A stretch of DNA of 64,000 bases from Calditrichia bacterium (GCA_050633245.1 JBOEGD010000011.1:364985-428984), one strand, 5' to 3'. Numbered from the stretch's first letter, positions 30,200 through 42,520 are shown. The notes: a model not told the origin generated them from the letters alone. Numbers and translations: made by a program.

Positions 30200-31648
30200 A
30201 TGAATACCCCCCTTATTACTAAATGGTTCAGAAATATTGCACTGGGAATATCCTTTCTCTGGATCCTCGCCTGTGCGGTCAATCCGGTTACCGGCAAACG
30301 CGAGTTCATGCTGCTAAGCGAAGCGGACGAAATCGCGATGGGTGCTCAATCTGATCCGCAAATTGTTCAGATGTATGGCGTTCATGAAAACCCCCGCATC
30401 GAGAATTTTATTACTACGGTAGGCAACGATATGGTTGCGGTTTCTCATCGCAGCAATATAAAGTTCGACTTTAAGCTAATGGATACTCCCGTTATTAACG
30501 CATTTGCCGTTCCCGGTGGATATGTGTATATCACGCGTGGAATTATGGCCTATCTAAATAGCGATGCCGAGTTTGCCGGCGTGATGGGACATGAAATTGG
30601 TCATGTAACCGCACGTCACTCAGCAAAGTCCTATAGCCGTTCACAGGTGGCGCAACTCGGGCTCGGGCTCGGCTCGGTGCTTTCTCAAACCTTTGCTCAG
30701 TTTGCCGGTCTTGCCTCACAGGGAATGCAGCTTTTGTTCCTGAAAAACGGTCGCGATGCCGAACGTGAGTCTGATCAGCTTGGTGTTGAATACTCAACCA
30801 AGGTTGGATACGATGCTCGAGAGATGGCAAACTTTTTTAATACGCTGAATAGAATGCGCCCTGCCGATGGTGGCGGACTTCCAGACTTTCTTTCAACACA
30901 TCCGAACCCCGCTGAGCGTGTCGGAAATATTCAGAAATTGGCTGCTGAATGGCAGAGCAGGGTGCCAAATAGCAATCTGAAAATTGGTCGTAATGACTTT
31001 TTGAATCGCCTTGAAGGGTTGGTTTACGGCGATGATCCGCAGCAAGGTTACGTAGCAGATAATATGTTTTTTCATCCAACTCTGAAGTTCCAATTTCCAA
31101 TACCAGGTGGCTGGAAGCATATGAATACGCCTTCTGCCGTGCAAATGCAGAACGAAGCCGGCGATGCCGCAATGATTATGCAGCTTGGAAAGGGTACGCC
31201 TGCCGCCGCTGCAAATACTTTTTTGACAGAATCTCAGGCTACAGTAGAATCGCAGGGCGCTACAACTGTGAATGGACTCAACGCTTATCGCACCGTTGCA
31301 ACACTGAATACTCAGAATGGCGCGTTGAAAATCCTTTCCTATTTTATCACGTATGGTAGCAATACCTACGTATTTCACGGATACACTTCTGCACAGGCAT
31401 TTGGTCAGCAGGCATCTACATTCGAGTCTACAATGAAGGGCTTCCGCAAATTGACTGACACCGCCCGCATGAATGTAAAGCCGGATCGTATTCGCATTAA
31501 GCGTATTACACGTTCTACACCACTTAAAGCAGCGCTTAAGACTCACGGCACTCCGGATGATAAGCTGGACGAATTGGCTCTTATTAACGGCATGCAGCTT
31601 ACTGATGTACTTGCTCCAAATACGCTGATTAAAACGATTGGTAAGTGA
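30200..31648 (+). CDS. M48-family Zn metalloprotease lipoprotein (BepA-like) with C-terminal extension
   Basis: ILA-C lipobox, AVNPVTG, NAFAVPGG, GHEIGHV, ERESD, STHP; LysM-like tail LALING. Confidence 0.9.
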   Translation: MNTPLITKWFRNIALGISFLWILACAVNPVTGKREFMLLSEADEIAMGAQSDPQIVQMYGVHENPRIENFITTVGNDMVAVSHRSNIKFDFKLMDTPVINAFAVPGGYVYITRGIMAYLNSDAEFAGVMGHEIGHVTARHSAKSYSRSQVAQLGLGLGSVLSQTFAQFAGLASQGMQLLFLKNGRDAERESDQLGVEYSTKVGYDAREMANFFNTLNRMRPADGGGLPDFLSTHPNPAERVGNIQKLAAEWQSRVPNSNLKIGRNDFLNRLEGLVYGDDPQQGYVADNMFFHPTLKFQFPIPGGWKHMNTPSAVQMQNEAGDAAMIMQLGKGTPAAAANTFLTESQATVESQGATTVNGLNAYRTVATLNTQNGALKILSYFITYGSNTYVFHGYTSAQAFGQQASTFESTMKGFRKLTDTARMNVKPDRIRIKRITRSTPLKAALKTHGTPDDKLDELALINGMQLTDVLAPNTLIKTIGK

Positions 31649-31686
31649 TAGATTCTTCCTTGAATAGATGTAGTGAAAAAGTATTT

Positions 31687-31724
31687 AAAAAAAGGCCGTC
31701 CCGAATATCGGGACGGCCTTTTTT
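31687..31724. terminator. Bidirectional intrinsic terminator
   Basis: AAAAAAAGGCCGTCCCGA-ATA-TCGGGACGGCCTTTTTT perfect stem with A and T tails between convergent genes. Confidence 0.92.
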
Positions 31725-31743
31725 GATAAAAATATGATATTGT

Positions 31744-33750
31744 TTACAGCTGCTTCTTCGCTGCCGCAACTACCGCTTCCGCTGTCAGTCCAAAATGATC
31801 GTACAGCTCTTTGTGGGGGGCAGAAGCACCGAAGCCAGACAAGCCAACGAACTCTCCGCCTGTAAGATACTTATGCCATGTCGCGTCGACGCCCGCCTCG
31901 ATAGCAACTCGCACTTTAATGGCCGATGGTAGAACGCTCTCCTTATAAGAATCACTTTGCTTCTCGAATAGCTCCATACTCGGCACAGAAACAACGCGTG
32001 CTGAAATACCGTCCTTTGCAAGCAGTTCTGCCGCCTCAACTGCAATATGCACTTCCGAGCCGCTTCCCATCAATATCACTTGCGCATCGGGATTGTCTAC
32101 TATTACGTAGGCACCTTTAAGCGTTCCTGCCGTTACCGAAGAATTTTCAAAAATCGGCAGCCCCTGTCTTGTAAAGAGTAAGGCCGTTGGACCCGTGCGA
32201 TTCTCAATCGCTGCCTTCCAGGCATAGGCTGTTTCATTGGCATCTGCCGGACGAAGAACAGTTAAATTTGGAATCAGGCGCAGGCTGCTAAGCTGCTCAA
32301 TTGGCTGGTGCGTTGGACCATCTTCACCCAAACCAATGGAGTCATGCGTAAACACATAAATTGACTGTTGATTCATTAGGGCAGCCAGACGAATGCTTGG
32401 TCTCATATAGTCAGAGAAAATAAGAAAGGTGCCGGAATAGGGAATCAGTCCGGGAGTATGAAGCGTCATGCCATTCATGACAGCGCCCATACCGTGCTCG
32501 CGAACACCATAATGAATGTAGGTGCCGCTAAAATCCTCAGAGCTTACTTCTTTTGCGCCCTTGGCGAAAGTGTTATTGGATGGCGTAAGATCCGCTGAAC
32601 CACCAATTAGATTATTTAAACCCGGTGCGATTGCATTCAGAACAGCTCCGGATGCTTTGCGTGTAGCAAGAGACTTGTCAACTGGAAAGCTCGGCAGGTC
32701 AGCATCCCAATTTTGTGGTAAGTCACCTGACTGATACATCTTGAATGATGCAGCTTTGTCCGGATGGGCCTCGCCATAGGAGCTGAACATCCTCTCCCAC
32801 TCCGCCTGAGAAGCTTTTCCATCATCAACGATGCCGCGCATAAATGAGAGTGTATCATCATCAATAAAAAATGTCTTGTCTGTCGGAAGTCCGAGACTGG
32901 TTTTGCTCAGTGCACGCTCTTCATCTCCAAGCGGTTCACCGTGTGCCTTTGATGTTCCGGCACGATTCGGGCTGCCAAAACCAATAGTTGTTTTGCAGGA
33001 AATTAATGTCGGTTTACCTGTTTCCGACTGAGCCTGCTTAATAGCGTCTGCAACAGCTGAAATATCATGTCCATCAACAGTAATTGTGTGCCACCCATAG
33101 GAACCAAAACGAGTGGGCACATCTTCAGAGAAGGATAATTCGGTTGAACCATCGATACTGATACTGTTGTCATCGTAAAGTACGATCAGCTTACCGAGTC
33201 CGAGATGACCGGCGAAAGAGGCTGCTTCATGCGAGACGCCTTCCATCAGGTCGCCGTCGCTGGCAATTGCATAAGTAAAATGATCGACGATTGCAAAATC
33301 GTTTGTATTAAAACGACCTGCCATCAATCGCTCGCCTAAGGCCATTCCAACAGCATTGGATATTCCTTGTCCCAGAGGACCGGTGGTTGTCTCCACGCCA
33401 TCAGTATGACCAAATTCCGGGTGTCCGGGTGTTTTGCTGTGTAGCTGTCGGAAAGCCTTCAACTCGTTCAGTGGTAAGTCGTAGCCGGAAAGGTGCAGTA
33501 AGCTATAGATCAACATACTTCCATGACCGGCTGAAAGAACGAAACGATCGCGATTTGCCCACTGAGGATCGCTTGGATTATGCCGCATAATGTATTTCCA
33601 TAATAGCGTGGCGCAATCTGCCATTCCCATCGGCATCCCGGGGTGTCCGGAATTTGCCTGCTGCACACCGTCCATTGAAAGTCCACGGACAATATTGGCT
33701 GCACGCTGTAATTTTTTCTGATTCATTTCACGAACCTCGTAATTTTGCAT
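31744..33750 (-). CDS. tkt: Transketolase
   Basis: [55 protein letters not shown]; start 33750 or 33726. Confidence 0.97.
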   Translation of the reverse strand: MQNYEVREMNQKKLQRAANIVRGLSMDGVQQANSGHPGMPMGMADCATLLWKYIMRHNPSDPQWANRDRFVLSAGHGSMLIYSLLHLSGYDLPLNELKAFRQLHSKTPGHPEFGHTDGVETTTGPLGQGISNAVGMALGERLMAGRFNTNDFAIVDHFTYAIASDGDLMEGVSHEAASFAGHLGLGKLIVLYDDNSISIDGSTELSFSEDVPTRFGSYGWHTITVDGHDISAVADAIKQAQSETGKPTLISCKTTIGFGSPNRAGTSKAHGEPLGDEERALSKTSLGLPTDKTFFIDDDTLSFMRGIVDDGKASQAEWERMFSSYGEAHPDKAASFKMYQSGDLPQNWDADLPSFPVDKSLATRKASGAVLNAIAPGLNNLIGGSADLTPSNNTFAKGAKEVSSEDFSGTYIHYGVREHGMGAVMNGMTLHTPGLIPYSGTFLIFSDYMRPSIRLAALMNQQSIYVFTHDSIGLGEDGPTHQPIEQLSSLRLIPNLTVLRPADANETAYAWKAAIENRTGPTALLFTRQGLPIFENSSVTAGTLKGAYVIVDNPDAQVILMGSGSEVHIAVEAAELLAKDGISARVVSVPSMELFEKQSDSYKESVLPSAIKVRVAIEAGVDATWHKYLTGGEFVGLSGFGASAPHKELYDHFGLTAEAVVAAAKKQL

Positions 33751-33891
33751 GAGTTCTTCCAACGCTTCGGCTGGCTGTCAGTTAATCGCGTAAAATCTAC
33801 GCTCGTTAATTCACTTCAAGCAAGCCATTTTGATTATTTCTTTCATCGGATTAAACTGATTACAGACTGAATTCACACGAAGGGAAGACAT

Positions 33892-34365
33892 ATGCGTTTA
33901 CCATTACTCATAGTATTTATTCTATTCATTGTCGGCTGCGGCGAAGAACATTTGAATCGCGTGGCACAAACACCGGCAACAGAACAAATTGCCCAGGTTC
34001 TAAAGCAACAGGAAGAGAACTGGAATCTTGGAGACATTGACGGCTATATGGCGGGCTATATGGCATCTGATTCACTACGCTTTGCTTCCGGTGGCACTAT
34101 TAACTATGGACACCGTGCAGTTACCGAGCGCTATAAAAAACGCTATGGGAGCAAAGCTTCGATGGGCGAACTGTCGTTTGACAAGCTGGATATTCGTCCT
34201 GTAAGTGATGAAGTAGCCATTGTGTTTGGCCGCTGGCAGCTAAAACGCGCAAATGATCATCCATGGGGACTGTTTACACTGCTTTTTGAAAAGGGCACTG
34301 ATGGTTGGAAGGTCGTGCATGATCACACTTCTTCGGGGGAAGGCAACCTAACGGATAATCAGTAA
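33892..34365 (+). CDS. NTF2/SnoaL-like (DUF4440) lipoprotein
   Basis: IVG-C lipobox; WNLGDIDGYM..Y, MGELSF, WKVVHDHTS. Confidence 0.85.
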   Translation: MRLPLLIVFILFIVGCGEEHLNRVAQTPATEQIAQVLKQQEENWNLGDIDGYMAGYMASDSLRFASGGTINYGHRAVTERYKKRYGSKASMGELSFDKLDIRPVSDEVAIVFGRWQLKRANDHPWGLFTLLFEKGTDGWKVVHDHTSSGEGNLTDNQ

Positions 34366-34459
34366 TTTTTAGATCATAAAGATTTCTATTGAACAAGTGC
34401 TGCAAGTTTGCTAAGTATTAATAGAACCTGAACAGCGTTCAATGCTATAAGGAGTTTTA

Positions 34460-36463
34460 ATGCAGCTTTCACCAAAAGAGATCAAAGTATTGTCTGCAGC
34501 ATGTGATGCGATAATCCCTTCTATCGATATACCGGGAGAGAATGAAGCATTTTTGAAACGTAAGGCGTCCGATTTGCCCGTCGCCACCGAAATTGCGCGA
34601 ACCATTTCCGGACTCAAACCGGAAGATCAAAAAGAATTTAAACAGCTGCTCTTCCTGCTGGGATCTCCGCTTTTAGGAGCAACCTGGTTTGGGCCTCCAA
34701 AGGGAATTCTTGCTTTATCAAATGAGCAACGCGAGAAGCTGATGCAAAGTTGGTGCAATAGCAAACTATCTGATTTGCGTAAAGCCTTTCAAACACTTAA
34801 AAAACTCAGCTGCTTTATTTTTTACGGGTATAGTGACAATCAGGATAATCCAAACTGGCAAGCCATAGGTTATCCCGGTCCACTTTCCGAACCTCCGACA
34901 CAATCCGATACACGTATTGCAACAACCGCAATTCCCACTGACGGACGATTTAATTGCGAAGTTCTAGTCATTGGTAGCGGAGCAGGTGGGGGAGTGGCAG
35001 CTGGAGAATTAGCCGAGGCAGGTCAGGACGTTATCGTTGTTGAAAAAGGCGGCAATTATTCCGAGACAGATTTTACGCAGCGTGAACAGGAGATGGTTCT
35101 TAAACTTTACGACTCAAACGGTGCGCTGGTAACCAGCGATGGAGGTGTAACGGTGTTTGCCGGAAGCTGTCTTGGTGGGGGCACCACTGTAAATTGGGCA
35201 GGTGCCTTCAGAACGCCTGATTATATTTTGCAATCCTGGGCAGACAATCATCAGGCGCCACATTTTTTGTCAGAAGAATATAAGCAAAGTTTCGAAGCTA
35301 TTGAGAAAGCCACATCGATTAACTTGAATGAGTCTCCACACAACCCACAAAATCAGGCGTTATGGGATGGCTGCGAGAAGCTCGGCTACGACAAAAAGCT
35401 GATTGCTCGAAACTCCGACGGCTGTAGCAAAGATGACTGTCAGAGCTGCGGCTATTGTGGTTTCGGTTGTCAGCGTGGCGCAAAAAAGGGCACCTTAAAA
35501 ACATTCCTGCAGCGCGCCTCCGATGCAGGTGCTCGCTTTATCACCGGATGTGAGATCGATCGCATTCTCATTCGCGATTGCGCAGCTATCGGTGCTGAAG
35601 GCGTTGTCATTAATGGCGAAGGACATCGCCAGCGAATTACCATTCACGCCGAAAAGGTTGTCTTGGCTGCCGGATCGATTCACACGCCTGCTGTACTGAT
35701 GCGCAGCGGTCTGGAACACCCGCATTTAGGTAAACATTTGTATTTCCATCCTACGGTAGCTGTGAGCGCGACGTATAAGCATGTCGTCAATTCCTGGTGG
35801 GGACAAATGATGTCAGCCGTATCCGATGAATTTACACAGCTCAACGGCAACTATGGATTCAAGTTGGAAACGCCTCCCGTTCATAGCGGCACGATTGGAC
35901 TCGCCATGCCATGGACAAGCGGACGTGAGCACAAAGAAGGCATGTTGAAGGCCCAAAGACGAGCTAATTTTATTGTTCTTACCCGAGACCGGGATGGTGG
36001 AAGCGTCTCATTAAGTAAATCGCGTAAGCCGGTGCTGCACTATAAGTTGAGTGCGTTCGACAAAAAGCATGTTCTTCGTGGCATTGAAGAATCGGTGCGT
36101 ATTCACCTTGCTGCAGGTGCGGAGGAAGTATTGGTTCCGCATAACAAGCGGCCGATATTTAAAGCCGATCAGGGCGTAGACAAGTTGGAACAGTTTCTTG
36201 CTACTATTCCAAACCTCAGCTGGAAGGCAAATCAATTTCCACTCTTTACTGCACATCAAATGGGTACGTGTCGAATGGGTGGGAATGAGCGAACTCACCC
36301 TGTGGCTCCTGATGGTAGCTTTAGAGGCGTTCGAAATTTGTACATTGGAGATGCCAGTGCATTTCCGGAATGCAGTGGTGCGAACCCAATGGTGTCCATA
36401 CAAGCCATGACGCACTACACCACCATGCAAATAAAATCATCACTCAACGTAACTGCGGTTTAA
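34460..36463 (+). CDS. GMC oxidoreductase, long-chain fatty alcohol oxidase-like
   Basis: VIGSGAGGG FAD motif, GSCLGGGTTVNW, CGYCGFGC, TAHQMGTCRMG, DASAFP..SGANPM. Confidence 0.88.
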   Translation: MQLSPKEIKVLSAACDAIIPSIDIPGENEAFLKRKASDLPVATEIARTISGLKPEDQKEFKQLLFLLGSPLLGATWFGPPKGILALSNEQREKLMQSWCNSKLSDLRKAFQTLKKLSCFIFYGYSDNQDNPNWQAIGYPGPLSEPPTQSDTRIATTAIPTDGRFNCEVLVIGSGAGGGVAAGELAEAGQDVIVVEKGGNYSETDFTQREQEMVLKLYDSNGALVTSDGGVTVFAGSCLGGGTTVNWAGAFRTPDYILQSWADNHQAPHFLSEEYKQSFEAIEKATSINLNESPHNPQNQALWDGCEKLGYDKKLIARNSDGCSKDDCQSCGYCGFGCQRGAKKGTLKTFLQRASDAGARFITGCEIDRILIRDCAAIGAEGVVINGEGHRQRITIHAEKVVLAAGSIHTPAVLMRSGLEHPHLGKHLYFHPTVAVSATYKHVVNSWWGQMMSAVSDEFTQLNGNYGFKLETPPVHSGTIGLAMPWTSGREHKEGMLKAQRRANFIVLTRDRDGGSVSLSKSRKPVLHYKLSAFDKKHVLRGIEESVRIHLAAGAEEVLVPHNKRPIFKADQGVDKLEQFLATIPNLSWKANQFPLFTAHQMGTCRMGGNERTHPVAPDGSFRGVRNLYIGDASAFPECSGANPMVSIQAMTHYTTMQIKSSLNVTAV

Positions 36464-36482
36464 TTCGATGGGAGACATAACA

Positions 36483-36968
36483 ATGTTCTCATGTGCAGAT
36501 ATATCTGACGAACACGAACAACACCTTCAGTATGCCGAGCCGCTGTTTAAGCATTACGGCGGCAAAGCGCAGTTTTACGGTCCGATAAAAACAGTAAAAG
36601 TATTTGAAGATAATGTGCTGGTGAAGAATTACCTGTCTCAATCCGGAGACGGGCATGTTTTGGTGGTTGACGGCGGTGCTTCTTTGCGCTATGCATTAGT
36701 TGGAGATCGCCTGGCTTCAATGGCGGTGGAGAATGGTTGGGCAGGTATTGTTATAAATGGCTGTATTCGCGATTCATTGGAGATCTATGATATTGCGATT
36801 GGCATTCGAGCATTAAATACACACCCAAGGCGCAGCATAAAGAAAGGGGAGGGCAGTATTGACATACCTGTCCGCTTTGCTGGTGTTGACTTTTCGCCCG
36901 GCATGTCTCTTTACGCCGATGAAGATGGAATGATCGTTGCGTCTACGCCATTACTCGGTGAGCGGTGA
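36483..36968 (+). CDS. rraA: RraA-family protein (RNase E regulator / HMG aldolase-like)
   Basis: TVKVFEDN.LV, VLVVDGGAS...ALVGD, NGWAGIVINGCIRD, YADEDG; start 36483 (GGAGA RBS) or 36468. Confidence 0.9.
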   Translation: MFSCADISDEHEQHLQYAEPLFKHYGGKAQFYGPIKTVKVFEDNVLVKNYLSQSGDGHVLVVDGGASLRYALVGDRLASMAVENGWAGIVINGCIRDSLEIYDIAIGIRALNTHPRRSIKKGEGSIDIPVRFAGVDFSPGMSLYADEDGMIVASTPLLGER

Positions 36969-37018
36969 AGAATATATCTTGCATGTAGAACACAAGAATT
37001 ATTTCCTGACACCTGATT

Positions 37019-37300
37019 TTATTCAACCTCAACGCCCCGCCAAAAAGCTACGTGATCTTTGATCTCGCTTGCCGCTTCTTTTGGTGCCGGATAATACCAT
37101 GCTGCACCGGCATTCGTGGCTTCGCCAACGACAATATCATAATAACTCGCCGTGCCTTTCCAGGGACAAACACTGGTATTCTCGTTCGACTTAAAATAGT
37201 CCATGTTGAGTGATTCTTTCGGGAAGTAATAATTTCCTTCGACGACGACGCCATCTTCTGATTGTGCTAATACCACACCGTTCCAAGTTGCCTTTGGCAT
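37019..37300 (-). CDS. DUF427-family protein
   Basis: ATWNGVVLA.S, VEGNYYFP, CPWKG.ASYY, AAWYYP.PK, HVAFW. Confidence 0.92.
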   Translation of the reverse strand: MPKATWNGVVLAQSEDGVVVEGNYYFPKESLNMDYFKSNENTSVCPWKGTASYYDIVVGEATNAGAAWYYPAPKEAASEIKDHVAFWRGVEVE

Positions 37301-37380
37301 ATGATCTCCATTGATGAATTATGGTTCATGAATTATGATTTAACAACAGGTGTCAAGGGTCAGTTGTCAATTCCTTCTCG

Positions 37381-37467
37381 CTATTTCTGACTGTTTCTCA
37401 CTTACTCCCTCAGACACGCGAAGCAGCTCGCAATCAACTACCTGTTTCTGACTGTTTCTCACTTACT
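37381..37467 (+). repeat. Two-copy 26-bp direct repeat
   Basis: CT(A/G)TTTCTGACTGTTTCTCACTTACT at 37381-37406 and 37442-37467, separated by 35 bp. Confidence 0.8.
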
Positions 37468-37628
37468 TATCAAGATCGCTCTGACTTCGACTCCGCTCAG
37501 TCTGCCGCGATAGCAATTGCCTTATTGCCCAATCTACCATTTCAACTCTATCAAAATCAACTATCTGAAGAAATCATTTACAAAATCATTGAACACAAAA
37601 AAATATAGGCTTAATTTATAGCAAATGA

Positions 37629-38579
<951 letters not shown>

Positions 38580-38592
38580 AGTATTTTCAACC

Positions 38593-38630
38593 AAAGTTAA
38601 GGTCGTTGGTGAAACGACCTTAACTTTTTT
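38593..38630 (+). terminator. Intrinsic terminator after mdh
   Basis: AAAGTTAAGGTCGTT-GGTGA-AACGACCTTAACTTTTTT. Confidence 0.88.
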
Positions 38631-38764
38631 CCTGCCACCGATTCTCCTTCATTAGTTTTTTTCCTGTATTGCCTTCCAATCTTTCATAATGTATTTTTCA
38701 GCGCTTTAATTGAATTCTGCACAGCTTTATCACGTAACATTAACACGATCAATGAGGTGGTGAA

Positions 38765-39988
38765 ATGAAAAACTCGCAGTATTACATGGATCTGGAAGAT
38801 AAGTATGGAGCTCACAATTACCACCCGTTGGGTGTTGTTATTTCAAGAGGCGAAGGCATTTGGGTTTGGGATGCCGAAGGTAAAAAGTATATGGACTTTT
38901 TGTCTGCCTATTCTGCAGTAAACCAAGGCCATTGTCACCCGAAAATTGTTGGAGCACTCAAAGAACAAGCCGACGTGTTAACACTAACCTCAAGAGCATT
39001 CTACAATGACGTTCTTGGTGAGTACGAAAAATACATCACGACGCTTTTTGGCTACGACAAAGTTCTTCCGATGAACACCGGCGTCGAAGGCGGAGAAACG
39101 GCAGTGAAGCTGGCTCGAAAATGGGGCTATACCGTTAAAGGAATTCCGGCAAATAAAGCAAAGCTTGTTTTTGCAGCTGGCAATTTCTGGGGCAGAACGC
39201 TCGGAGCAATCTCTTCTTCAACCGACCCCGATTGTTATGAAGGTTTTGGGCCGTATATGCCGGGTTATGAAGTTGTGCCTTACAATGATCTTGATGCACT
39301 GGAAAAAGCGTTTGAAGATCCAAACGTTGCCGGCTTTATGGTCGAGCCGATTCAAGGTGAGGCAGGCGTTGTTGTGCCACAAGAGGGCTACCTCAAAAAA
39401 GCTTACGAAATGTGCCGTGCTAAAAATGTCTTGCTGATCTGCGATGAAGTTCAAACGGGTCTGGCAAGAACCGGTAAGCGCCTTGCTTCCGATTACGATA
39501 ATATTAAACCCGATATCGTTATTCTCGGTAAGGCTCTTTCTGGCGGTGTGTTGCCTGTTTCTGCTGTTTTAGCAAACGACGAAATTATGCTATCGATAAA
39601 GCCGGGTGAGCACGGTTCTACCTATGGTGGAAATCCGCTAGCCTGTAAGGTTGCGATTGCAGCACTGGAAGTTCTGGAAGAAGAGAATCTTGCAGACAAT
39701 GCACTAAAACTCGGTGAACTGTTCCGCAAGGAAATGACCGCGATTGCCAAAAACAATGATTTGGTAACGACTGTCCGTGGTAAAGGTCTGTTAAACGCGA
39801 TAGTTATTCGCCCGACCGAAAGTGGCAAAACGGCTTGGGACGTCTGTGAGGCACTCGCTAAGGAAGGCCTTCTGGCAAAGCCGACACATGGCGATATCAT
39901 TCGTTTTGCACCTCCATTGGTAATTGATGAAGCTGGTATTCACTGGGCGCTTGAGCGCATTGAAAGCGTTCTCAAGACGATCAATTAA
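38765..39988 (+). CDS. rocD: Ornithine--oxo-acid aminotransferase
   Basis: [63 protein letters not shown]. Confidence 0.96.
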   Translation: MKNSQYYMDLEDKYGAHNYHPLGVVISRGEGIWVWDAEGKKYMDFLSAYSAVNQGHCHPKIVGALKEQADVLTLTSRAFYNDVLGEYEKYITTLFGYDKVLPMNTGVEGGETAVKLARKWGYTVKGIPANKAKLVFAAGNFWGRTLGAISSSTDPDCYEGFGPYMPGYEVVPYNDLDALEKAFEDPNVAGFMVEPIQGEAGVVVPQEGYLKKAYEMCRAKNVLLICDEVQTGLARTGKRLASDYDNIKPDIVILGKALSGGVLPVSAVLANDEIMLSIKPGEHGSTYGGNPLACKVAIAALEVLEEENLADNALKLGELFRKEMTAIAKNNDLVTTVRGKGLLNAIVIRPTESGKTAWDVCEALAKEGLLAKPTHGDIIRFAPPLVIDEAGIHWALERIESVLKTIN

Positions 39989-40006
39989 GTCAATGGAGTT
40001 CACCGC

Positions 40007-40948
40007 ATGAAAATATTAATATCAGATAAATCGTCCGCAATTTGTGGCGAAATACTGGAGCAGGGCGGACATTCAGTGGATGTTCGAACTGGTCTGTCAC
40101 CAGAGGAGCTGAAATCTATAATCGGCGATTATCATGGACTTGTGGTGCGAAGTGCTACCACAGTTACTGCCGATCTGTTAGAGGCAGCTAATAACCTGCG
40201 CGTCATTGGGCGTGCTGGCACCGGAGTCGACAATATCGATTTGGAAGCAGCACGTTCAAGAGATATTCTGGTAATGAATACACCGGGAGGAAACTCGAAC
40301 GCAGTGGCCGAGATTGTGCTGGCGCAAATGCTGGGGTTAACCCGTTCGCTTTACCAGGCCTGTAGTTCTTTGAAGAGTGAGCGGTGGGAGAAAAAGTCAT
40401 TCTCCGGCGGTGAAATAATGGGAAAGACAGTGGGAATCCTTGGGTATGGACGAGTTAGCAGATTGCTTGCTAAAAAATGTATGGCTCTGGGGATGGTTGT
40501 TCTATGCAACGATCCAAAAATCAGCAAAGATATTCTGGATAGCGACGGCATTTCAATTCGAGGAAACCTTGATGATGTATTAGGCCAATCTGATTTCCTC
40601 TCGGTGCATCTTAGCAAGCGGGATAATACGCTTAACTTTCTGGCCGATGCCGAATTTGCTAAAATAAAGAAAGGCTGTTTTTTACTCAATTATGCTCGTG
40701 GCGGGATTGTCAATGAAAGTGCATTGATCTCCGCGCTTGACAATAACACTTTGGCAGGTGCAGCTCTTGATGTGTTCTCAACCGAACCGCCTGTAGACTT
40801 CACGTTGATTCAACATGAAAAAGTTATTGCTACGCCCCATATTGGAGCAGCATCAAAAGAGTCTCAGGAAAACGTCGCGGCCATGGTTGCCGAGCAGTTC
40901 GTTGAGTTTTTTGCTGGTAAACAGGCCAGGAATGTGGTAAACAAGTAG
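40007..40948 (+). CDS. D-3-phosphoglycerate dehydrogenase-like D-2-hydroxyacid dehydrogenase (no ACT/ASB domain)
   Basis: VVRSAT.V, GRAGTGVDNID, NTPGGNS.AVAE, NYARG, DVF..EPP, TPHIGA; 313 aa. Confidence 0.85.
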   Translation: MKILISDKSSAICGEILEQGGHSVDVRTGLSPEELKSIIGDYHGLVVRSATTVTADLLEAANNLRVIGRAGTGVDNIDLEAARSRDILVMNTPGGNSNAVAEIVLAQMLGLTRSLYQACSSLKSERWEKKSFSGGEIMGKTVGILGYGRVSRLLAKKCMALGMVVLCNDPKISKDILDSDGISIRGNLDDVLGQSDFLSVHLSKRDNTLNFLADAEFAKIKKGCFLLNYARGGIVNESALISALDNNTLAGAALDVFSTEPPVDFTLIQHEKVIATPHIGAASKESQENVAAMVAEQFVEFFAGKQARNVVNK

Positions 40949-40991
40949 AGAGATTGCTCTCTTATACAGCTATCAATAGAGGAGAAGTAAT

Positions 40992-41876
40992 ATGATAAAT
41001 GACAAACAATATAAGATAAAAGTGGGATTGGCTGAGATGCTCAAGGGTGGCGTTATTATGGATGTTACCAATGTTGAGCAAGCAAAGATTGCTGAAGATG
41101 CGGGCGCCGTTGCAGTGATGGCCCTTGAGCGCATTCCTGCTGATATTCGTGCACATGGTGGCGTTGCTCGCATGAGTGATCCCAAGCTTGTTCGTGAAAT
41201 CCAGGATGCGGTATCCATACCGGTAATGGCAAAGTGCCGAATTGGCCATATAGCTGAAGCACAGATTCTGGAAAGTCTGAAAGTAGACTTTATCGATGAA
41301 AGCGAAGTGCTTACTCCGGCTGATGAAGAGTTTCATATTGATAAGCACCCGTACAAAGTGCCGTTTGTATGCGGTTGCCGCAATCTTGGTGAGGCGTTAC
41401 GACGTATTTCCGAGGGGGCTGCCTTAATTCGTACCAAAGGGGAGCCGGGAACCGGAAATATTGTCGAGGCTGTCCGTCACATGCGCTCCGTGCAAAAGGA
41501 GATTCGCGAAGTAACGGTTATGGGGCAGGAAGAGTTGGTAACGTTCGCCAAGACAATCGGCGCACCGGTCGAGATTGTTCGTTACATCAATGAGCATGGA
41601 AAACTGCCGGTTCCAAACTTTGCAGCTGGCGGTATTGCAACTCCGGCCGACGCGTCACTAATGATGCAGCTTGGTGCTGAAACCGTATTTGTTGGAAGTG
41701 GAATCTATAAGTCTGAGGATCCACCGGCACGCGCACGCGCCATCGTTTCCGCAACGACCCACTACACAGATTTTGATTTGATCGCCAAGGTTTCTGAAGG
41801 ATTAAAAGATGCCATGCCCGGTCTGGAAATATCTTCTATTCCCGACAATGAAATTATGCAGGACCGCGGCTGGTAA
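40992..41876 (+). CDS. pdxS: Pyridoxal 5'-phosphate synthase lyase subunit PdxS
   Basis: [43 protein letters not shown]. Confidence 0.97.
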   Translation: MINDKQYKIKVGLAEMLKGGVIMDVTNVEQAKIAEDAGAVAVMALERIPADIRAHGGVARMSDPKLVREIQDAVSIPVMAKCRIGHIAEAQILESLKVDFIDESEVLTPADEEFHIDKHPYKVPFVCGCRNLGEALRRISEGAALIRTKGEPGTGNIVEAVRHMRSVQKEIREVTVMGQEELVTFAKTIGAPVEIVRYINEHGKLPVPNFAAGGIATPADASLMMQLGAETVFVGSGIYKSEDPPARARAIVSATTHYTDFDLIAKVSEGLKDAMPGLEISSIPDNEIMQDRGW

Positions 41877-41938
41877 TTAGTTTCGTAGTGGGAGAGTTCC
41901 TCCCACTGCTTTTTATTGATATTGACTTGGTACAATTG

Positions 41939-42520
41939 ATGAAAATTGGTGTTTTAGCTCTTCAGGGCAACTTCTCGCTTCATGCGGACCGGCTTGAAGA
42001 GCTGGATGTTCAGGCTGTTTATATAAAGAAACCTGAGCAGCTGCGCGAATGTGATGGCTTAATCCTTCCCGGCGGCGAGTCTACAACCCTTGTTAAGCTA
42101 CTCGATGAAGTAAGCCTCGGTGAGGCGATTGTTGAGTTCAATAAAGAACGACCCGTTTTTGGCACCTGTGCGGGGGCAATTCTGGTGAGCAGGGAAGTTC
42201 AAAATCACCCGGTTAAACCATTAAACTTACTGAATACAGTTATCTCGCGTAATGCCTATGGACGCCAGGTCGACTCGTTCGATCAGATAGTTGAACTCAA
42301 GCTCGGGGAAAAAACCGTGCAGTCCTCTGCGGTATTTATCCGTGCACCGAAGTTTATTTCCACCGGTCCTGATGTTGCCGTCCTTGGCACGCATAATGGT
42401 GATATTATTATGGTCGAGAATGAGCGCGTGCTCGCTGCAACGTTTCACCCTGAGCTGACAGATGATCCTACCGTGCACCGCTATTTCTTAAAGAAAGTGC
42501 GCTCATTTTCCCAGCACTGA
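41939..42520 (+). CDS. pdxT: PLP synthase glutaminase subunit PdxT
   Basis: MKIGVLALQG, LPGGESTT, GTCAG, RNAYGRQ, FIRAP, FHPEL. Confidence 0.96.
   Translation: MKIGVLALQGNFSLHADRLEELDVQAVYIKKPEQLRECDGLILPGGESTTLVKLLDEVSLGEAIVEFNKERPVFGTCAGAILVSREVQNHPVKPLNLLNTVISRNAYGRQVDSFDQIVELKLGEKTVQSSAVFIRAPKFISTGPDVAVLGTHNGDIIMVENERVLAATFHPELTDDPTVHRYFLKKVRSFSQH

Noticed and set aside
30893-31546. 217-aa Cys-rich minus-strand ORF
   Set aside because: Antisense shadow of the M48 protease with no recognisable motifs
36483-36968. rraA as the menaquinone methyltransferase 'menG'
   Set aside because: Historical misnomer; it has no SAM-binding motif, and the real methyltransferase is at 2787-3530
37381-37467. 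Possible CRISPR mini-array (26-bp repeat, 35-bp spacer)
   Set aside because: Only two units, no palindrome or typical terminal motif, no third copy at the expected spacing, and no cas genes in the window
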